A DNA stretch of 40,812 nt. Origin: a virus. Its lineage: Duplodnaviria; Heunggongvirae; Uroviricota; Caudoviricetes. The notes under the pieces were generated by a model. That model saw nothing but the letters and a program-made list of their open reading frames with translations, searched no databases and had not been told where the DNA came from. Of this stretch, positions 1 through 8,906 are shown piece after piece; position 1 is the first letter of the stretch; every line of letters begins with the position of its first letter. The stretch lies in IMG/VR virus record IMGVR_UViG_2541047766_000005, one strand, 5' to 3'. Both the position numbers and the translations under genes were made by a program.

Positions 1-1284
1 TTACTTCTTCGCCTCTGCAACCACTTTGCTACCCACGCCGCGGTTATTGTATTCCCACATGCGGTTGTAGTTAGTGTCATTCAGATTGCGTTGTATTTCG
101 TCGTTATCATCAACGCTGCCGGTGTTACCCGCAAACGGACGATTAGAGATCACCGCATCAGCCCAGGGTTTGGCTGTGTTAAAACCTTCGTTGATGGCGC
201 TATCACGGATCACCACCTGACCGTTGGTATTGGCATCAACATCCAGCGAGCGACCCAGTTGCGCCACGCCATCACCGGAAGCATTGAAACGGCTGTTTAC
301 GGCGAGGAAACCGTAATAGATGTTAGACAGCGTAGCCGGTGCAAACACATACGCTTCTTGCTGAGTACGTGAGTTCACCACGCGGAATTCGGTGTTATCG
401 AACACCACTGCGCCGCGACCAGAAACGATATCCACATCCCCTTCAATGTAACTGTTGGTCACCAGAGTACGCGGCTGACGGTTGGTTTCCAGACGGTTTT
501 GCACACCACTGTTGGTGACAAAGAAGGTATTCTGACGACCGAGAATGTTGACGTTATTGATCTGCACTTTGTCACCATCAGTACGCAGTGCCACCGCCGG
601 ATGGTTACCCGCATCTACGCTATCGCCCAGCGTGTTTTCGATGGTCAGATTTTGCAGTTGCAGGCCATTGTTTTGTGACCAGAAGACCGCAGAGCAGAGA
701 ACACCGATACTGTCGCTGCGTTTGCTCTGGCAGCTATCGTACATATACCACGCTGGTTTACCTGGCATATATTTGCCGCGCGGGTTGACGTCGTGACGCC
801 AGTCGGCAGGGCTCATGCCCCCATCAAGGGAAAGCCCAATCTTCACATCAATCGGTTTTTCACCTGTACCGTACAGAGTAATTCCACCCGGAGCGGCAGG
901 GACATACACCGTTCCCTGATACTCACCAGGCATCACGGCAATATACTGGCGCTTGTTGGTGCGCTTGATAATTGCCGCATCTACCGCCGCCTGAATCGTG
1001 GTATGCGTTACACCTTGAGTACCCGCCGGGCCGACAACAAAGTCAGGTTGCGCAGGCAGGGTAATCGGGGAAGGATTCCACGCTGCCGCACCTGGTGTCA
1101 GGGATGCAAAATAGTGTTGAGCATCGAAATTCTGCGCTTCTTTTGCCGACAGAATCGGGCGAGAAGAGGTACCAGGCGCGGTTTGATCAGAAGGACGTTG
1201 ATCGGGCGGTGTTGAGCTACAGGCGGTCAGCGTCACGCCAAAAGCCAATGCCAGCGCCAGACGGGAAACTGAAAATGTGTTCAC
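1..1284 (-). CDS. ybhC: YbhC pectinesterase-family outer-membrane lipoprotein (host gene flanking lambda attB)
   Basis: 427-aa ORF with N-terminal lipoprotein signal (LTAC lipobox); sequence recognised as E. coli YbhC; sits immediately next to the attL core. Confidence 0.85.
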   Translation of the reverse strand: MNTFSVSRLALALAFGVTLTACSSTPPDQRPSDQTAPGTSSRPILSAKEAQNFDAQHYFASLTPGAAAWNPSPITLPAQPDFVVGPAGTQGVTHTTIQAAVDAAIIKRTNKRQYIAVMPGEYQGTVYVPAAPGGITLYGTGEKPIDVKIGLSLDGGMSPADWRHDVNPRGKYMPGKPAWYMYDSCQSKRSDSIGVLCSAVFWSQNNGLQLQNLTIENTLGDSVDAGNHPAVALRTDGDKVQINNVNILGRQNTFFVTNSGVQNRLETNRQPRTLVTNSYIEGDVDIVSGRGAVVFDNTEFRVVNSRTQQEAYVFAPATLSNIYYGFLAVNSRFNASGDGVAQLGRSLDVDANTNGQVVIRDSAINEGFNTAKPWADAVISNRPFAGNTGSVDDNDEIQRNLNDTNYNRMWEYNNRGVGSKVVAEAKK

Positions 1285-1315
1285 AGGTTGCTCCGGGCTA
1301 TGAAATAGAAAAATG

Positions 1316-1420
1316 AATCCGTTGAAGCCTGCTTTTTTATACTAAGTTGGCATTATAAAAAAGCATTGCTTATCAATTTGTTGCAACGAACAGGTCACTA
1401 TCAGTCAAAATAAAATCATT
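1316..1420. other. attL: Lambda attL (B arm, 15-bp core GCTTTTTTATACTAA at 1331-1345, P' arm with arm-type Int sites)
   Basis: Exact lambda core at 1331-1345; left flank TGAAGCCT matches the attB B arm; right flank GTTGGCATTATAAAAAAGCATTGCTTATCAATTTGTTGCAACGAACAGGTCACTATCAGTCAAAATAAAATCATT matches the lambda P' arm (arm sites at 1391-1412). Confidence 0.93.
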
Positions 1421-2489
1421 ATTTGATTTCAATTTTGTCCCACTCCCTGCCTCTGTCATCACGATACTGTGATGCCATGGTGTCCGACTTATGCCCGAGA
1501 AGATGTTGAGCAAACTTATCGCTTATCTGCTTCTCATAGAGTCTTGCAGACAAACTGCGCAACTCGTGAAAGGTAGGCGGATCCCCTTCGAAGGAAAGAC
1601 CTGATGCTTTTCGTGCGCGCATAAAATACCTTGATACTGTGCCGGATGAAAGCGGTTCACGACGAGTAGATGCAATTATGGTTTCTCCGCCAAGAATCTC
1701 TTTGCATTTATCAAGTGTTTCCTTCATTGATATCCCGAGAGCATCAACATGCAATGTTGTTGGGATGGCAATTTTTACGCCTGTTTTGCTTTGCTCGACA
1801 TAAAGATATCCATCTACGATATCAGACCACTTCATTTCGCATAAATCACCAACTCGCTGCCCGGTAACAACAGCCAGTTCCATTGCAAGTCTGAGCCAAC
1901 ATGGTGATGATTCTGCTGCTTGATAAATTTTCAGGTATTCGTCAGCCGTAAGTCTTGATCTCCTTACCTCTGATTTTGCTGCGCGAGTGGCAGCGACAGG
2001 GTTTGTTGTTATATGGCCTTCAGCTATTGCCTCTCGGAATGCATCGCTCAGTGTTGATCTGATTAACTTGGCTGACGCAGCCTTGCCCTCGTCTATGTAT
2101 CCATTGAGCATTGCCGCAATTTCTTTTGTGGTGATGTCTTCAAGTGGAGCATCAGGCAGACCCCTCCTTATTGCTTTAATTTTGCTCATGTAATTTATGA
2201 GTGTCTTCTGCTTGATTCCTCTGCTGGCGAGGATTTTTTCGTAGCGATCAAGCCATGAATGTAACGTAACAGAATTATCACTGTTGATTCTCGCTGTCAG
2301 AGGCTTGTGTTTGTGTCCTGAAAATAACTCAATGTTGGCCTGTATAGCTTCAGTGATTGCTATCCTCCTGTCTCTGCCTAATCCGAACTCTTTACCCGTC
2401 CTTGGGTCCCTGTAGCAGTAATATCCATTGTTTCTTAAATAAAGGTTAGGGGGTAAATCCCGGCGCTCATGACTTCGCCTTCTTCCCAT
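1419..2489 (-). CDS. int: Lambda-type tyrosine integrase
   Basis: 356-aa ORF whose translation matches lambda Int as I recall it (MGRRRSHERRDLPPNLYLRNNGYYCYRDPRTGKEF...); adjacent to attL P' arm. Confidence 0.95.
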   Translation of the reverse strand: MGRRRSHERRDLPPNLYLRNNGYYCYRDPRTGKEFGLGRDRRIAITEAIQANIELFSGHKHKPLTARINSDNSVTLHSWLDRYEKILASRGIKQKTLINYMSKIKAIRRGLPDAPLEDITTKEIAAMLNGYIDEGKAASAKLIRSTLSDAFREAIAEGHITTNPVAATRAAKSEVRRSRLTADEYLKIYQAAESSPCWLRLAMELAVVTGQRVGDLCEMKWSDIVDGYLYVEQSKTGVKIAIPTTLHVDALGISMKETLDKCKEILGGETIIASTRREPLSSGTVSRYFMRARKASGLSFEGDPPTFHELRSLSARLYEKQISDKFAQHLLGHKSDTMASQYRDDRGREWDKIEIK

Positions 2490-2685
2490 TTCTGATCCTC
2501 TTCAAAAGGCTACCTGTTACTGGTCGATTTAAGTCAACCTTTACCGCTGATTCGTGGAACAGATACTCTCTTCCATCCTTAACCGGAGGAGGGAATATCC
2601 TGCATTCGCGCACCCATCGACGAACTGTTTCAAGGCTTCTTGGGCGTCGCTGGCGAGCGTTCCACTCCTGAAGAGTCAAGTACAT
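2467..2685 (-). CDS. xis: Excisionase
   Basis: 72-aa ORF MYLTLQEWNARQRRPRSLETVRRWVRECRIFPPPVKDGREY... matching lambda Xis; overlaps int 5' end as in lambda. Confidence 0.93.
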   Translation of the reverse strand: MYLTLQEWNARQRRPRSLETVRRWVRECRIFPPPVKDGREYLFHESAVKVDLNRPVTGSLLKRIRNGKKAKS

Positions 2686-2949
2686 CGCAAAGTCTCCGCA
2701 ATTACACGCAAGAAAAAACCGCCATCAGGCGGTTTGGTGTTCTTTCAGTTCTTCAATTCGAATATTGGTTACGTCTGCATGTGCTATCTGCGCCCATATC
2801 ATCCAGTGGTTATAGCAGTCGTTGATGTCCTCGGCTTCGATAACTCTGTTGAATGGTTCTCCATTCCATTCACCTGTGACTCGGAAGTGCATTTATCATC
2901 TCCATAAAACAAAACCCGCCGTAGCGAGTTCAGATAAAAGAAATCCGCA

Positions 2950-3402
2950 TTAAGCGGCGTCGGTGAATTCAAATAAAAAACCGGCTTGCGCCGGCTCTCT
3001 CATCTTTCTGTCTACCCATGCTGATATCGATGGCGGATGCACCTTTTCAATAGCAGCGCGAAGTACAGCTGTACGTGCCAGTTTGTCGGTAATCTCAGGA
3101 AATCGCTTCTCTGTCTTCGGTACGTTAACAGCAACATTAGTAGAATCCGCACTGGCGAACGGATACATACCAAGAACTCTCACGTCGAGCATTCGAAGAC
3201 CATGAATTTTCACTTTCAAATTACGATTGATATAAATCTCAGTAAAAACTTCATCCATTCTCTGTTCCCACCATTTAGAGCGTATGTGCCTGTGTGGGCC
3301 GCAGCATCCAATCGCCACCCATTCAAATTTTCCAGAAAGGCGTAAAAGACGTTCAATTGATTCGTCGTATGCCAGACCGGAACCGCTTTTGATTTTAGCC
3401 AA
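2950..3402 (-). CDS. Hypothetical protein (possible C-terminal portion of the frameshifted gene, or spurious)
   Basis: 150-aa ORF overlapping 3216-3402 of the upstream ORF in a different frame; its 3' end contains a terminator-like hairpin (2981-2995) plus T-tract on the minus strand. Confidence 0.35.
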   Translation of the reverse strand: MAKIKSGSGLAYDESIERLLRLSGKFEWVAIGCCGPHRHIRSKWWEQRMDEVFTEIYINRNLKVKIHGLRMLDVRVLGMYPFASADSTNVAVNVPKTEKRFPEITDKLARTAVLRAAIEKVHPPSISAWVDRKMREPAQAGFLFEFTDAA

Positions 3403-3749
3403 TCAGGAACCAACTCAATCTGCTCGTCGTTTTCTGCCTCTGTCCCTTCGATAACGTCAGGTATAAGAAACCATTCAATTCTGCTGAACCACTTCCCAAC
3501 AAAGTCGTAGAATTTTGCTCGTCTCTTACTCCAGTCTACCGGAGTGCCTTTCTTTAATGCTTTCATCCAGTCGCTAAAAGCGCCGTTATCAAGGCGTATA
3601 TCACAAGGGAACATGGCAATCTTTTTCATCTGCTCTGGTCTGGCAAATGAAACAAAAGCCCCACTATCACGGTAAAGGGCTTTAATAAGCATATCTGTAG
3701 GGGCATGCTCATCACCCCATATTGGGCTGCCGTGAAAGTGGATGGTCAT
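3216..3749 (-). CDS. Hypothetical early-left protein (N-terminal portion of a possibly frameshifted gene)
   Basis: 177-aa ORF; its 3' third overlaps the next ORF (2950-3402) in another frame. Confidence 0.5.
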   Translation of the reverse strand: MTIHFHGSPIWGDEHAPTDMLIKALYRDSGAFVSFARPEQMKKIAMFPCDIRLDNGAFSDWMKALKKGTPVDWSKRRAKFYDFVGKWFSRIEWFLIPDVIEGTEAENDEQIELVPDWLKSKAVPVWHTTNQLNVFYAFLENLNGWRLDAAAHTGTYALNGGNREWMKFLLRFISIVI

Positions 3750-3807
3750 ATTATCCCCATATAAAAGAAATACCCGCGAGTGCGAGGATTGTTATGTAAT
3801 ATTTGGT

Positions 3808-4089
3808 TTAATCATCTATATGTTTTGTACAGAGAGGGCAAGTATCGTTTCCACCGTACTCGTGATAATAATTTTGCACGGTATCAGTCATTTCTCGCAC
3901 ATTGCAGAATGGGGATTTGTCTTCATTAGACTTATAAACCTTCATGGAATATTTGTATGCCGACTCTATATCTATACCTTCATCTACATAAACACCTTCG
4001 TGATGTCTGCATGGAGACAAGACACCGGATCTGCACAACATTGATAACGCCCAATCTTTTTGCTCAGACTCTAACTCATTGATACTCAT
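3808..4089 (-). CDS. Hypothetical Cys-containing small protein
   Basis: 93-aa ORF with AAGGAG Shine-Dalgarno 8 nt upstream of ATG; several Cys pairs (possible metal binding). Confidence 0.55.
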   Translation of the reverse strand: MSINELESEQKDWALSMLCRSGVLSPCRHHEGVYVDEGIDIESAYKYSMKVYKSNEDKSPFCNVREMTDTVQNYYHEYGGNDTCPLCTKHIDD

Positions 4090-4291
4090 TTATAAACTCC
4101 TTGCAATGTATGTCGTTTCAGCTAAACGGTATCAGCAATGTTTATGTAAAGAAACAGTAAGATAATACTCAACCCGATGTTTGAGTACGGTCATCATCTG
4201 ACACTACAGACTCTGGCATCGCTGTGAAGACGACGCGAAATTCAGCATTTTCACAAGTGTTATCTTTTACAAACCCGTATTCCTGCTCATA

Positions 4292-4843
4292 TCACTCTCC
4301 TTTGATGCGAATGCCTGTTGCAATGCTGTTTATGATGCTGTCAGTGCATGGGGTAGAAAGCTGGGCATCTCCAGCAATTTTCATGACCTCAACATCTGCA
4401 TATCGAATACCGAGGTGTATCAGACCGGCTATACCTGACTTAAGCCGAGCATTTTCCATAAACAGATCCTTTGCCCGCTGTTTTTCTGCCTCAAGCTCAA
4501 CGCGCAGCCTCCCAACCGTAAGCGCAATCTCCTCGTTCTCCTGGTCGCGGCGTTTGATGTACTGCTGGTTTCTTTCCCGTTCATCCAGTAGTGTCAGCAC
4601 GGTAGCCGGATTGGCTGCAGCGATGAATTCAGCATTGGCCTGCTGTTCCATTTGGAAATCTTCATCGAAACCGCTTTCAGGATGCGCTCCTTCAATTCTG
4701 CAAATGGGAATATATCCAGCAGCCTCGCGATGAATTAGCGCATCATCACCATCAAATCGGCCCTCTCCATATTCGAGCGACCACTCGCCACACGTTGCTT
4801 TTTCTGCCTTAGCACGCAGTGCCTGATAATCAATCTTGCTCAC
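4292..4843 (-). CDS. Ead/Ea22-like early protein
   Basis: 183-aa ORF; N-terminus (S)[19 protein letters not shown] resembles the Ead/Ea22 family of lambdoid phages; GTG start 6 nt after GGAGG. Confidence 0.6.
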   Translation of the reverse strand: MSKIDYQALRAKAEKATCGEWSLEYGEGRFDGDDALIHREAAGYIPICRIEGAHPESGFDEDFQMEQQANAEFIAAANPATVLTLLDERERNQQYIKRRDQENEEIALTVGRLRVELEAEKQRAKDLFMENARLKSGIAGLIHLGIRYADVEVMKIAGDAQLSTPCTDSIINSIATGIRIKGE

Positions 4844-5084
4844 TGGTTGCCTCCTGCTTTTCTGCCTTCAACACCATGCGAGAACCATCATCCAGATCCC
4901 ACGCGATCTCACCACCTTCAGCCATGACCAGTCGCCACACCAATTGAGCAGCCTCATTGGTAACATCACGACCTGGATCATTGCCAACGCGCATACGTCC
5001 ACCTTCAACATCGCGCATTTTTGCCAGCATGATAGTTTTTGATAGCGGTGAAAAACCAAGCTGTAGTCGTGCTGAATTACTCAC
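4830..5084 (-). CDS. Hypothetical early protein
   Basis: ORF in leftward operon; likely GTG start at 5084 preceded by AGGAGG (track ORF extends to ATG at 5105). Confidence 0.45.
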   Translation of the reverse strand: MSNSARLQLGFSPLSKTIMLAKMRDVEGGRMRVGNDPGRDVTNEAAQLVWRLVMAEGGEIAWDLDDGSRMVLKAEKQEATSEQD

Positions 5085-5244
5085 TGGTTGCCTCCTTTGC
5101 GCCACATCGCATTCAGATATTTGTTGTCATTAACAGAACCGAAACTCTTTCTCTTAAGCAATTCCTCTCTCGATGGCATTGGCTTTACGCGTTGGCGAAT
5201 AATCATTTCTGCCGGAAGAATGCCGGGATTGTATGAAAGTCCTC

Positions 5245-5526
5245 TCATGATTTACTCTCCATGAACTGGTCAACAGCCATGCTAAGTGATACACCTAAAG
5301 TCTCGATATGCTGCTGAATATCCTGTAGCGTCTGCGCCTGAGATAACAGGATTTCACGGTTGCATAACTCTTTGACCAGATGCTCAAACTTGCTGTAATG
5401 ACCGATACGACTTAGTGTTTCTTTCCCTGCATTCTCGCCTTCTTTGATAATTCCTCTTTCGCTAAGAATCAGATCGTGTTTGGTTCCGGTGATAACGTAT
5501 TTGCCGAGGTCGATGTTTAGCTTCAT
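5245..5526 (-). CDS. Hypothetical early protein
   Basis: 93-aa ORF co-oriented with the leftward early operon. Confidence 0.5.
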   Translation of the reverse strand: MKLNIDLGKYVITGTKHDLILSERGIIKEGENAGKETLSRIGHYSKFEHLVKELCNREILLSQAQTLQDIQQHIETLGVSLSMAVDQFMESKS

Positions 5527-5542
5527 TGTTAATTATTCCATG

Positions 5543-5857
5543 TTAATTTATTCGTATGCCTGCTCTTTCTTCATCGAGTCTTTTTAGCTTGTATCGCATA
5601 GCCCTTACTGAATAAATTGAACGGCAGGTTGCAATTGCTATTTCTTCTGCGGAGAACTTACCGAAAAGTGATACTTCGGCTCTTGTCCAGCGTCTTCCAC
5701 GAAGTCGGCTAACAATGTCAGCACCAATCCTTGTTGCTTTCGCCATTACTGCTTTTTCAGTCCTTTCCAGTTTTTCAGCGATAACTTCAACTGGCATTGT
5801 CGCCGCCACTTCGCGCAAGAAATCGACTTCCCATTTCTCCCATGAAGTCTTTTTCAT
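5543..5857 (-). CDS. Hypothetical early protein with two internally similar helix-rich segments
   Basis: 104-aa ORF, co-oriented, 12 nt after preceding gene. Confidence 0.5.
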   Translation of the reverse strand: MKKTSWEKWEVDFLREVAATMPVEVIAEKLERTEKAVMAKATRIGADIVSRLRGRRWTRAEVSLFGKFSAEEIAIATCRSIYSVRAMRYKLKRLDEERAGIRIN

Positions 5858-5868
5858 AGTCGAGACCG

Positions 5869-6351
5869 TTATTTGATAAGAAGTGAAGGTTTCCCAACTT
5901 TGAGTTGAGCGCCGGGGATATTTATTCCTGCTTTTAGTTGGTGTTTGATTGCCAGTTTGTCGGCTTTAATTGTCGTTTCAAACTCAACGTATTCAGGAGG
6001 AAGGGCGCTTGAGTCGATGATTTCTACAGTTTCTGACGGTTTGCGGATTGTTACCTGGTGAATACCTGCTCGAATCTTTTTCTTGCCAACCATTTCAAGC
6101 GATGACGCTATATACGCCATAATGCTGTCAATCTTATTTTGAATTACTGCGGCTCGCTCATTTAGTGACTGTGCCTCTTCCTTGAGGCGTTCAGCATAAC
6201 CAGATTCATTTTTAATAATGGCAAGAAGTTGCTCTATTTTATCGGTAAATTCTCCTTCCATGCCTTCTATTGTGTCAGCAATCATCTCTGGCTCTAAATC
6301 TGAATCTATCAGCTTTGCGTATTCATTGGCAATTTCATACAGTTTGCTCAC
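5869..6351 (-). CDS. Siphovirus Gp157-like protein (commonly paired with RecT/Erf recombinases)
   Basis: 160-aa ORF directly downstream of recT; GTG start at 6351 6 nt after GGAGG (track ORF starts at TTG 6357); family assignment from memory. Confidence 0.55.
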   Translation of the reverse strand: MSKLYEIANEYAKLIDSDLEPEMIADTIEGMEGEFTDKIEQLLAIIKNESGYAERLKEEAQSLNERAAVIQNKIDSIMAYIASSLEMVGKKKIRAGIHQVTIRKPSETVEIIDSSALPPEYVEFETTIKADKLAIKHQLKAGINIPGAQLKVGKPSLLIK

Positions 6352-7237
6352 TGGCAACCTCCAGTTTCGCTTTGCATTCTGCGTAAATGGCTTGTACGTT
6401 CTGCTGCAATTTCATTCCAGATGTCAGGCGATATGCTTCTGCAAAATATCTCTTCAAATCATCCATGTTTTCAGCCTGAGCCATTTCATCACAAAGAAGT
6501 TGTGCTTTTTCCATTATTTCCTGCTGGCGTTTCCGTTCATCTTCGCGGATATCTTCCTCTGATTTGTGCGGCATAACCGGTTCCTGATGCATACCCTCAT
6601 CTTCGTTAAGCAGGTGAATGGCATTATCCAGTCGCTGGGCTTTAGGCCAGTATTTGCTGGCGCGTTTAACTATTGTTTTACGCGCCATCTCTTCCCAGAA
6701 TGTCTTCCACGGTCCATTCTTTGCCTTGCTCGTTGCTTCCACAGCTTTAATTTCTGCCAGACTCATTTCTTCAGTCAGGTAGTCACCATCTGCTGTTTTA
6801 ACCGTGCAATAACCACCAACAATAGAGCCTCGCTCACCAAATGCGTTGTATTTGTGGGTTGGCGCTGAATCAAGGCCGTTTGATTCATAGGTGTCGTTTG
6901 AGTACACCAGTTTACATTGCCCCCACTTAATTGATCCTGTCGACTGTGCAAGGTGAAGTAATCCCATATAGCTGATATCAAGGCAAACCATGCCGTCGCG
7001 CGGAACTAGATAAGCAAGTTTGCTGGCCGGGTTTAAGGTGATGCCGATCGCCGCAACATTGATGATGGCGTTCTGTGCGCTGGTTGGATTTGCCAGTGCC
7101 GTTTTAGCCAGGTAATCATTTTTCTGGAAATACTGAATTGCAAACTGGCTTTCCTTAGCCCATGTCACCGTCTGTTCAGTCAATGCTCCGCAGAATAACT
7201 GCTCCTGCTGTTTAACGAATTCAACGATATTGCTCAT
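6335..7237 (-). CDS. recT: RecT-family single-strand annealing recombinase
   Basis: 300-aa ORF with RecT-like core; occupies the bet position of the lambda early-left operon; GGAGAAG SD upstream. Confidence 0.8.
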   Translation of the reverse strand: MSNIVEFVKQQEQLFCGALTEQTVTWAKESQFAIQYFQKNDYLAKTALANPTSAQNAIINVAAIGITLNPASKLAYLVPRDGMVCLDISYMGLLHLAQSTGSIKWGQCKLVYSNDTYESNGLDSAPTHKYNAFGERGSIVGGYCTVKTADGDYLTEEMSLAEIKAVEATSKAKNGPWKTFWEEMARKTIVKRASKYWPKAQRLDNAIHLLNEDEGMHQEPVMPHKSEEDIREDERKRQQEIMEKAQLLCDEMAQAENMDDLKRYFAEAYRLTSGMKLQQNVQAIYAECKAKLEVASEQTV

Positions 7238-7545
7238 GCTGCTTCTCCATAAATGTGTCTGCGTTTGAATATTGCGAAGGCATATTCAGCCTTAACTCTT
7301 TCGGTTATTGCATCCCAGAACCATTCAGCGGCTTTTTCCTGATAGTCACAGTCATCATCTTCCAGCCAGTCGATAGCGTCCTTAGTGTGTTCATCTGGCT
7401 TATATGAGCGAAGCATTTCGCTTATTGGGTCGCAGCGTTTGCAGAGGCGATCAACTTCACTGTTGATTCGTTCGTAATCTTCATCAGTAAAACTTGCGAT
7501 GATTTGCGATATTTCACGCTTATCATTCAGAGTCAGAATCATCAT
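7234..7545 (-). CDS. Hypothetical early protein
   Basis: 103-aa ORF, ATGA overlap with recT. Confidence 0.5.
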   Translation of the reverse strand: MMILTLNDKREISQIIASFTDEDYERINSEVDRLCKRCDPISEMLRSYKPDEHTKDAIDWLEDDDCDYQEKAAEWFWDAITERVKAEYAFAIFKRRHIYGEAA

Positions 7546-7627
7546 CTTTCTCCTGTTCTTTGTGCTGATTGAGCATTTTGTTCATCTGACGAATGAATTC
7601 TTCGTCTGACCAGTTATCTGTAAAACT

Positions 7628-7797
7628 CATGGGCGGCCTTGTTGTTTCAAAATATCCCAAAGCTTTTCGAGCAAACTTTTCATTCTTGGTTGTTTAAAGT
7701 CTGCTCCGGTTAGAATGTTTTTTCGTGAATGCTGTACCGATAAAATCGGGTTGAAAGGGCGAACCGATGCCGCCCCTGCAATAGCGAACTGTTGCAT
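7628..7797 (-). CDS. Possible CIII-like small protein
   Basis: 56-aa ORF not in the supplied track (below its length cutoff); MQQFAIAG... and C-terminal SLLEKLWDILKQQG weakly resemble lambda CIII; position between Ea10-like and the recombination genes as in lambda. Confidence 0.35.
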
Positions 7798-7872
7798 AGG
7801 ATGCTCCTTCTGTTTGATTGCATAACGAAAACGCCTCGAGTGAAGCGTTATTGGTATGCGGTAAAGCCGCGC

Positions 7873-8241
7873 TCAGGCGGCTTTGATAGTCATATCATCT
7901 GAATCAAATATTCCAGATGTGTCGATATCGGTAATTCTTATTCCTTCGCTACCATCCATTGGAGGCCATCCTTCCTGACCATTTCCATCATTCCAGTCGA
8001 ACTCACACACAACACCATATGCATTTAAGTCGCTTGAAATTGCTATAAGCAGAGCATGTTGCGCTAGCATGATTAATACAGCATTTAATACAGAGCCGTG
8101 TTTTTTGAGTCTGTATTCAGAGTCTGACCAGAAATTATTAATCTGGTGAAGTTTTTCCTCTGTCATTACGTCATGGTCGATTTCAATTTCTATTGATGCT
8201 TTCCAGTCGTAATCAATGATGTATTTTTTGATGTTTGACAT
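7873..8241 (-). CDS. Ea10-like protein (DUF2528-type)
   Basis: 122-aa ORF, same length and position as lambda Ea10; a hairpin plus T-tract lies just upstream on the minus strand. Confidence 0.55.
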   Translation of the reverse strand: MSNIKKYIIDYDWKASIEIEIDHDVMTEEKLHQINNFWSDSEYRLKKHGSVLNAVLIMLAQHALLIAISSDLNAYGVVCEFDWNDGNGQEGWPPMDGSEGIRITDIDTSGIFDSDDMTIKAA

Positions 8242-8260
8242 CTGTTCATATCCTCATAGA

Positions 8261-8287
8261 TAAAAAATTGCCCTCACATTGGAGGGC
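8261..8287 (-). terminator. Intrinsic terminator within leftward early operon (tL-like)
   Basis: Minus-strand hairpin GCCCTC-CAATGT-GAGGGC followed by AATTTTTTA. Confidence 0.5.
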
Positions 8288-8423
8288 AAAGAAGATTTCC
8301 AATAATCAGAACAAGTCGGCTCCTGTTTAGTTACGAGCGACATTGCTCCGTGTATTCACTCGTTGGAATGAATACACAGTGCAGTATTTATTCTGTTGTT
8401 TATGCCAAAAATGAAGGCCACCA

Positions 8424-8624
8424 TCAGGCAGCCTTGTTGTTCTGTTTACCAAGTTCTCTGGCAATCATTGCCGTCGTTCGTATTGCCCATTTATCGACAT
8501 ATTTCCCATCTTCCATTACAGGAAACATTTCTTCAGGCTTAACCATGCATTCCGATTGCAGCTTGCATCCATTGCATCGTTTGAATTGTCCACACCATTG
8601 ATTTTTATCAATAGTCGTAGTCAT
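8424..8624 (-). CDS. ral: Restriction alleviation protein Ral
   Basis: 66-aa ORF MTTTIDKNQWCGQFKRCNGCKLQSEC..., matching lambda Ral in length and (from memory) sequence. Confidence 0.65.
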   Translation of the reverse strand: MTTTIDKNQWCGQFKRCNGCKLQSECMVKPEEMFPVMEDGKYVDKWAIRTTAMIARELGKQNNKAA

Positions 8625-8702
8625 ACGGATAGTCCTGGTATTGTTCCATCACATCCTGCGGATGCTCTTCGAACTCTTCAAATTCTTCTTCCATATCTCA
8701 CC

Positions 8703-8906
8703 TCAAATAAGTGGTTTGCTGCCTAATTTCATTTTCTGGCGACCAACACAAGTCACACCCATTTCACTGCGTGGCTTGCTGTAGTAAAGATTGTGCCTGT
8801 CTTTTAACCACATCAGGCTCGGTGGTTCTCGTGTACCCCTACAGCGAGAAATCGGATAAACTCTATTCACCCCTACAGAGAGCAAAAGAGAAACGCCGAT
8901 GAACAA
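8703..8906 (-). pseudogene. Fossil of a lambda-type N gene (only the C-terminal ~28 codons are N-like)
   Basis: ORF ends ...YYSKPRSEMGVTCVGRQKMKLGSKPLI, closely resembling the lambda N C-terminus (...YSKPGERGITCSGRQKIKGKSIPLI); upstream part has no N similarity and overlaps the SieB-like start. Confidence 0.45.

Noticed and set aside
91-1316. Plus-strand ORFs (91-372, 545-796, 588-788, 793-1215, 1095-1316) overlapping ybhC
   Set aside because: All are antisense to a well-supported host gene, lack ribosome-binding sites and have no recognisable features; typical shadow ORFs.
8616-8699. 28-aa acidic minus-strand mini-ORF (MEEEFEEFEEHPQDVMEQYQDYPYDYDY) between ral and the N fossil
   Set aside because: Too short and low-complexity to call from sequence alone; might be a real anti-host peptide but not supportable.
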